Source: Verrucomicrobiota bacterium
Lineage (GTDB): Bacteria; Verrucomicrobiota; Lentisphaeria; Lentisphaerales; Lentisphaeraceae
Assembly: GCA_039798785.1 (NCBI GenBank)
Contig: JBDKFG010000003.1
Location: forward strand, 47,373-111,372
Length of the DNA stretch: 64,000 bases
Reading direction: 5' to 3'
The position numbers and the translations under genes were made by a program. Positions within the stretch are counted from its first letter, which is position 1. Each line of letters starts with the position of its first letter. Below are positions 61,774 to 64,000 of this stretch, piece after piece. The notes below the pieces were generated by a model. That model ran no database searches. It saw only the letters and a program-made list of their open reading frames with translations, and was not told where the DNA came from.

Positions 61774-63276
61774 ATGAGCAAACAAATCGACGACACCACC
61801 TACTCCACTGCTCTCTCCGAAGCGCTAATGCGCAAGAGCGCCTGGGGCACCGCAACCAGCGTGATCTTCATGGCCGCCCTCACCATCGCCGTCTTCGTCT
61901 GGGCCTGCATCGCCGAGGTCAATGAACTCAGCCGCGGCGTCGGTCAGGTCATGTCGACCAAGCCGCTCGTCCCGATCCAGAACCAGGAGGGCGGCATCCT
62001 CGCCGAACTCCAGGTCAGCGAAGGCAGCAAGGTCAAAGCGGGAGCCCCCCTTCTCGTCATCGACAACTCCGAGCGCTTCGCCCAGTTCAACGAAGCGGAA
62101 TCCCGCCGCCTCGCCCTCCTCGCCGAGAGAGCCCGCCTCAACGCTTCAATCCAAGGAGCCAACACACTCGAACTCCCTGATGAGGTCAAGACCGGCAGCC
62201 CCGACGTCCACGCCAAAACCCTCAAGCTCTTCAACAGCGAACGCCTCGAATTGAAGACCAAGGAGGAAGCGATCCTCAAGGACATCGCCAGCACCGAGCT
62301 GGCTCACGATGAAAACCTCTCCGCCCTCTGCCGCCTCGAGGCGGAACTGACCGGCAAGCTGCCGGTCTTCCCTGAGGATCTCAAGGCCCGCGCCCCCAAG
62401 GCCGTCGCTCTCGACGCCGCCTACGCCGCCAACCGCAAGGCCAAGCTCGACAACGAAGTCAACACCCTGACCCGCAGCATCGAATTCATGCAAAAGCAGT
62501 GCGACACCTACCAAAAACTCGAAAAGGAAGGCGGCATCTCCCAGATCGAAGTCAACAACATCGAACGCCAGCTCAACGACGCCCGCGGTGAACTCGCCGC
62601 CAAGTCGAACCAGTTCCTCGTCGAAGCCGGCTATGAACAGAAAACCCGCCGCCAGCAGGCGCTTGAGCAGGAAAAGGAAATCATCAGCCTGAAAAGCCGC
62701 CTCGCCGACCTGCGCGAATCGCGCATCCGCGAACACTCGGAGAAACTCAAGGAAGCCAACTCCGAATACGAAGCCATCATCCAACGCCTCGCCGGCTTCC
62801 GCGACATCAAACGCCGCGCCAACATCGTCTCTCCCGTCGACGGCGACATCCGCAAGATCAACTTCAAGGCCCTCGGCAGCGTCGTCCGCCCCGGCGATGT
62901 GATCATGGAGATCGTCCCGACTGAACAATTCCTGATCGAAGCCCGGATCGAACCCAAAGACGCCGGATTCATCAAGGTCGGGATGACCTGCAGCATCCAA
63001 TCCACCTGCTTCGACTACTCCATCTACGGCGGCATCGATGGCGAAGTCACCTGGGTCTCCCCCGATGCCGAGCGCGATGAAAAAACCGGCGCCTCCTTCT
63101 ACAGGATCAAAGTCAAACCCAAGGGCACCGTCTTCGGCGCCGGCACCAAACACGAAGGCCACATGTACACCGGCATGGAAGCACAGATCAACGTCCTCAC
63201 CGGCAAGAAGACAGTCATGCAATTCCTCCTCAAGCCCTTCATCAAAGGTGCGAACGACAGCTTCACCCAGCGTTGA
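61774..63276 (+). CDS. HlyD-family T1SS membrane fusion protein
   Basis: N-terminal TM, IQNQEGG, SPVDG, VVRPG...MEIVP, FDYSIYGG, SPD and TGKKTVMQFLLKP. Confidence 0.93.
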   Translation: MSKQIDDTTYSTALSEALMRKSAWGTATSVIFMAALTIAVFVWACIAEVNELSRGVGQVMSTKPLVPIQNQEGGILAELQVSEGSKVKAGAPLLVIDNSERFAQFNEAESRRLALLAERARLNASIQGANTLELPDEVKTGSPDVHAKTLKLFNSERLELKTKEEAILKDIASTELAHDENLSALCRLEAELTGKLPVFPEDLKARAPKAVALDAAYAANRKAKLDNEVNTLTRSIEFMQKQCDTYQKLEKEGGISQIEVNNIERQLNDARGELAAKSNQFLVEAGYEQKTRRQQALEQEKEIISLKSRLADLRESRIREHSEKLKEANSEYEAIIQRLAGFRDIKRRANIVSPVDGDIRKINFKALGSVVRPGDVIMEIVPTEQFLIEARIEPKDAGFIKVGMTCSIQSTCFDYSIYGGIDGEVTWVSPDAERDEKTGASFYRIKVKPKGTVFGAGTKHEGHMYTGMEAQINVLTGKKTVMQFLLKPFIKGANDSFTQR

Positions 63277-63283
63277 TTCCCGC

Positions 63284-63350
63284 AAGAGCCGGAGCTCGCC
63301 CAGGTTTTCAGAGCCTCGTCGCTCTCGATCCCTCGCTCCGGCTCTTTTCT
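63284..63350 (+). terminator. Possible terminator after the T1SS operon
   Basis: 12-bp inverted repeat AAGAGCCGGAGC (63284-63295) / GCTCCGGCTCTT (63335-63346) followed by a T-rich tract. The 39-nt loop is atypically long. Confidence 0.45.
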
Positions 63351-63684
63351 TATTCATCTAAGTTTATCTAAACCTAGATTCCGCCGATGGCTTATCTGAG
63401 CTCAGGCTTAGTTACCTCCGAAGGAGTTGCGGATTTCAGCCCAGGATTGAGCTGCATCGGCGGCACCTTGGAACAAAGAGAGCTATGAATTTCGACCCCA
63501 GGGACCAAGGAGCTGCCGGACACAGCTGAGGAATCTAGATTAACCTAAAAACCGCAGTTGGAAGGCTCAAAGGTTAAAAGGATCAGCTACAACAGCAAGA
63601 GGTTATGGTGTTCGAGGGCGCTCGGCAACTCCTCCGGCTGGCAGTCATGCAGGTCGAACTAGAATCGTCATTTGTCGCTGTTGT

Positions 63685-64000
63685 ATCGCGGCAGGGACTC
63701 TCATTGCTGTGAGCCCCCCGCACAGATCCCGGCGGGCGCGATTTGCGCACCGGGCTCCCACCTTGGGTGTTTGGCGATGAAGCGCACGCTGGGCGATTGC
63801 CGTCATGCGGCTCCATGTGGTGGCGTCCCGCTGGCTACGGCGCCGAAGCGCCCGCCGCCAAAGGTCCGTCACATGGTGGCGAAAAGCGCTCAGGTTTTTG
63901 CTGTTGCTCGGCACGGCGTGGTAGGCAAAATAACCGCTGACCACTTGGCCCAACCACTTCCCCAAGATTGGAATCGATTGGTGCATCCGCTGTCGCAGCT
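63685..64000 (-). mobile_element. Group II intron, 3' part (domains V and VI plus the end of the RT/maturase ORF); continues beyond the window
   Basis: Minus strand: GAGCCCGGTGCGCAAATCGCGCCCGCCGGGATC (DV, AGC triad), then TGTGCGGGGGGCTC...GAGTCCCTGCCGCGAT (DVI, ending AT at 63685). Confidence 0.9.
63745..64000 (-). pseudogene. ltrA: C-terminal maturase (X) domain of a group II intron RT, frameshifted
   Basis: RMHQSI..LGKWLGQVVSGYFAYHAVPSN...WRRALRRRSQ...TW in one frame. The terminal PSVRFIAKHPRWEPGA is in a different frame. Confidence 0.75.

Noticed and set aside
56905..64000. Diversity-generating retroelement (RT near an adhesin with a duplicated C-terminus)
   Set aside because: The RT fragment is followed by group II intron domains V and VI. 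The two adhesin copies are both coding and differ at all base types, not only adenines, so no TR/VR pair is evident.

Overview
A GC-rich bacterial window. The gene content (DUF3500, BatA/VWA-MoxR, ExbBD-TPR without TonB, several FHA proteins) suggests the PVC superphylum, but this is inference only. (1) 1-24.8 kb is a surface-polysaccharide island in four alternating-orientation blocks. It holds CDP-3,6-dideoxyhexose genes (rfbH plus a reductase), gmd/manC/manB, an HldE-like enzyme and glycosyltransferases. It also holds an expanded pseudaminic-acid cluster: pseB, pseC, a pseG-pseH fusion and pseI, plus a methyltransferase, aldo-keto reductase, SpsF-type cytidylyltransferase, class III aminotransferase, formyltransferase, PIG-L deacetylase and an AT-rich candidate nonulosonate transferase. 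(2) 25-51 kb is mostly core or envelope genes: ABC permease, DUF3299, ExbB/ExbD/TPR, FHA-TM protein, ftsH, HPr (Ser46 replaced by Asn), hom, ilvA, rhlE (terminator in its leader), glgE and a GH16. It also contains an unusual minus-strand module: membrane pseudokinase, FHA-MoxR AAA+ fusion, BatA/VWA, VWA. (3) 52-63 kb is a type I secretion locus. Its ~1920-aa substrate has 14 CSPG/cadherin-like repeats, a phage-tail-fibre-like insert and a duplicated C-terminal domain, followed by TolC, ABC and an HlyD with an internal duplication. (4) The window ends in the 3' end of an apparently degenerate group II intron. The best candidates for undescribed systems are the pseudokinase/FHA-MoxR/VWA module and a possible 8-amino/formyl nonulosonic acid pathway. 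All family calls come from motif recognition by eye; no database searches were run.
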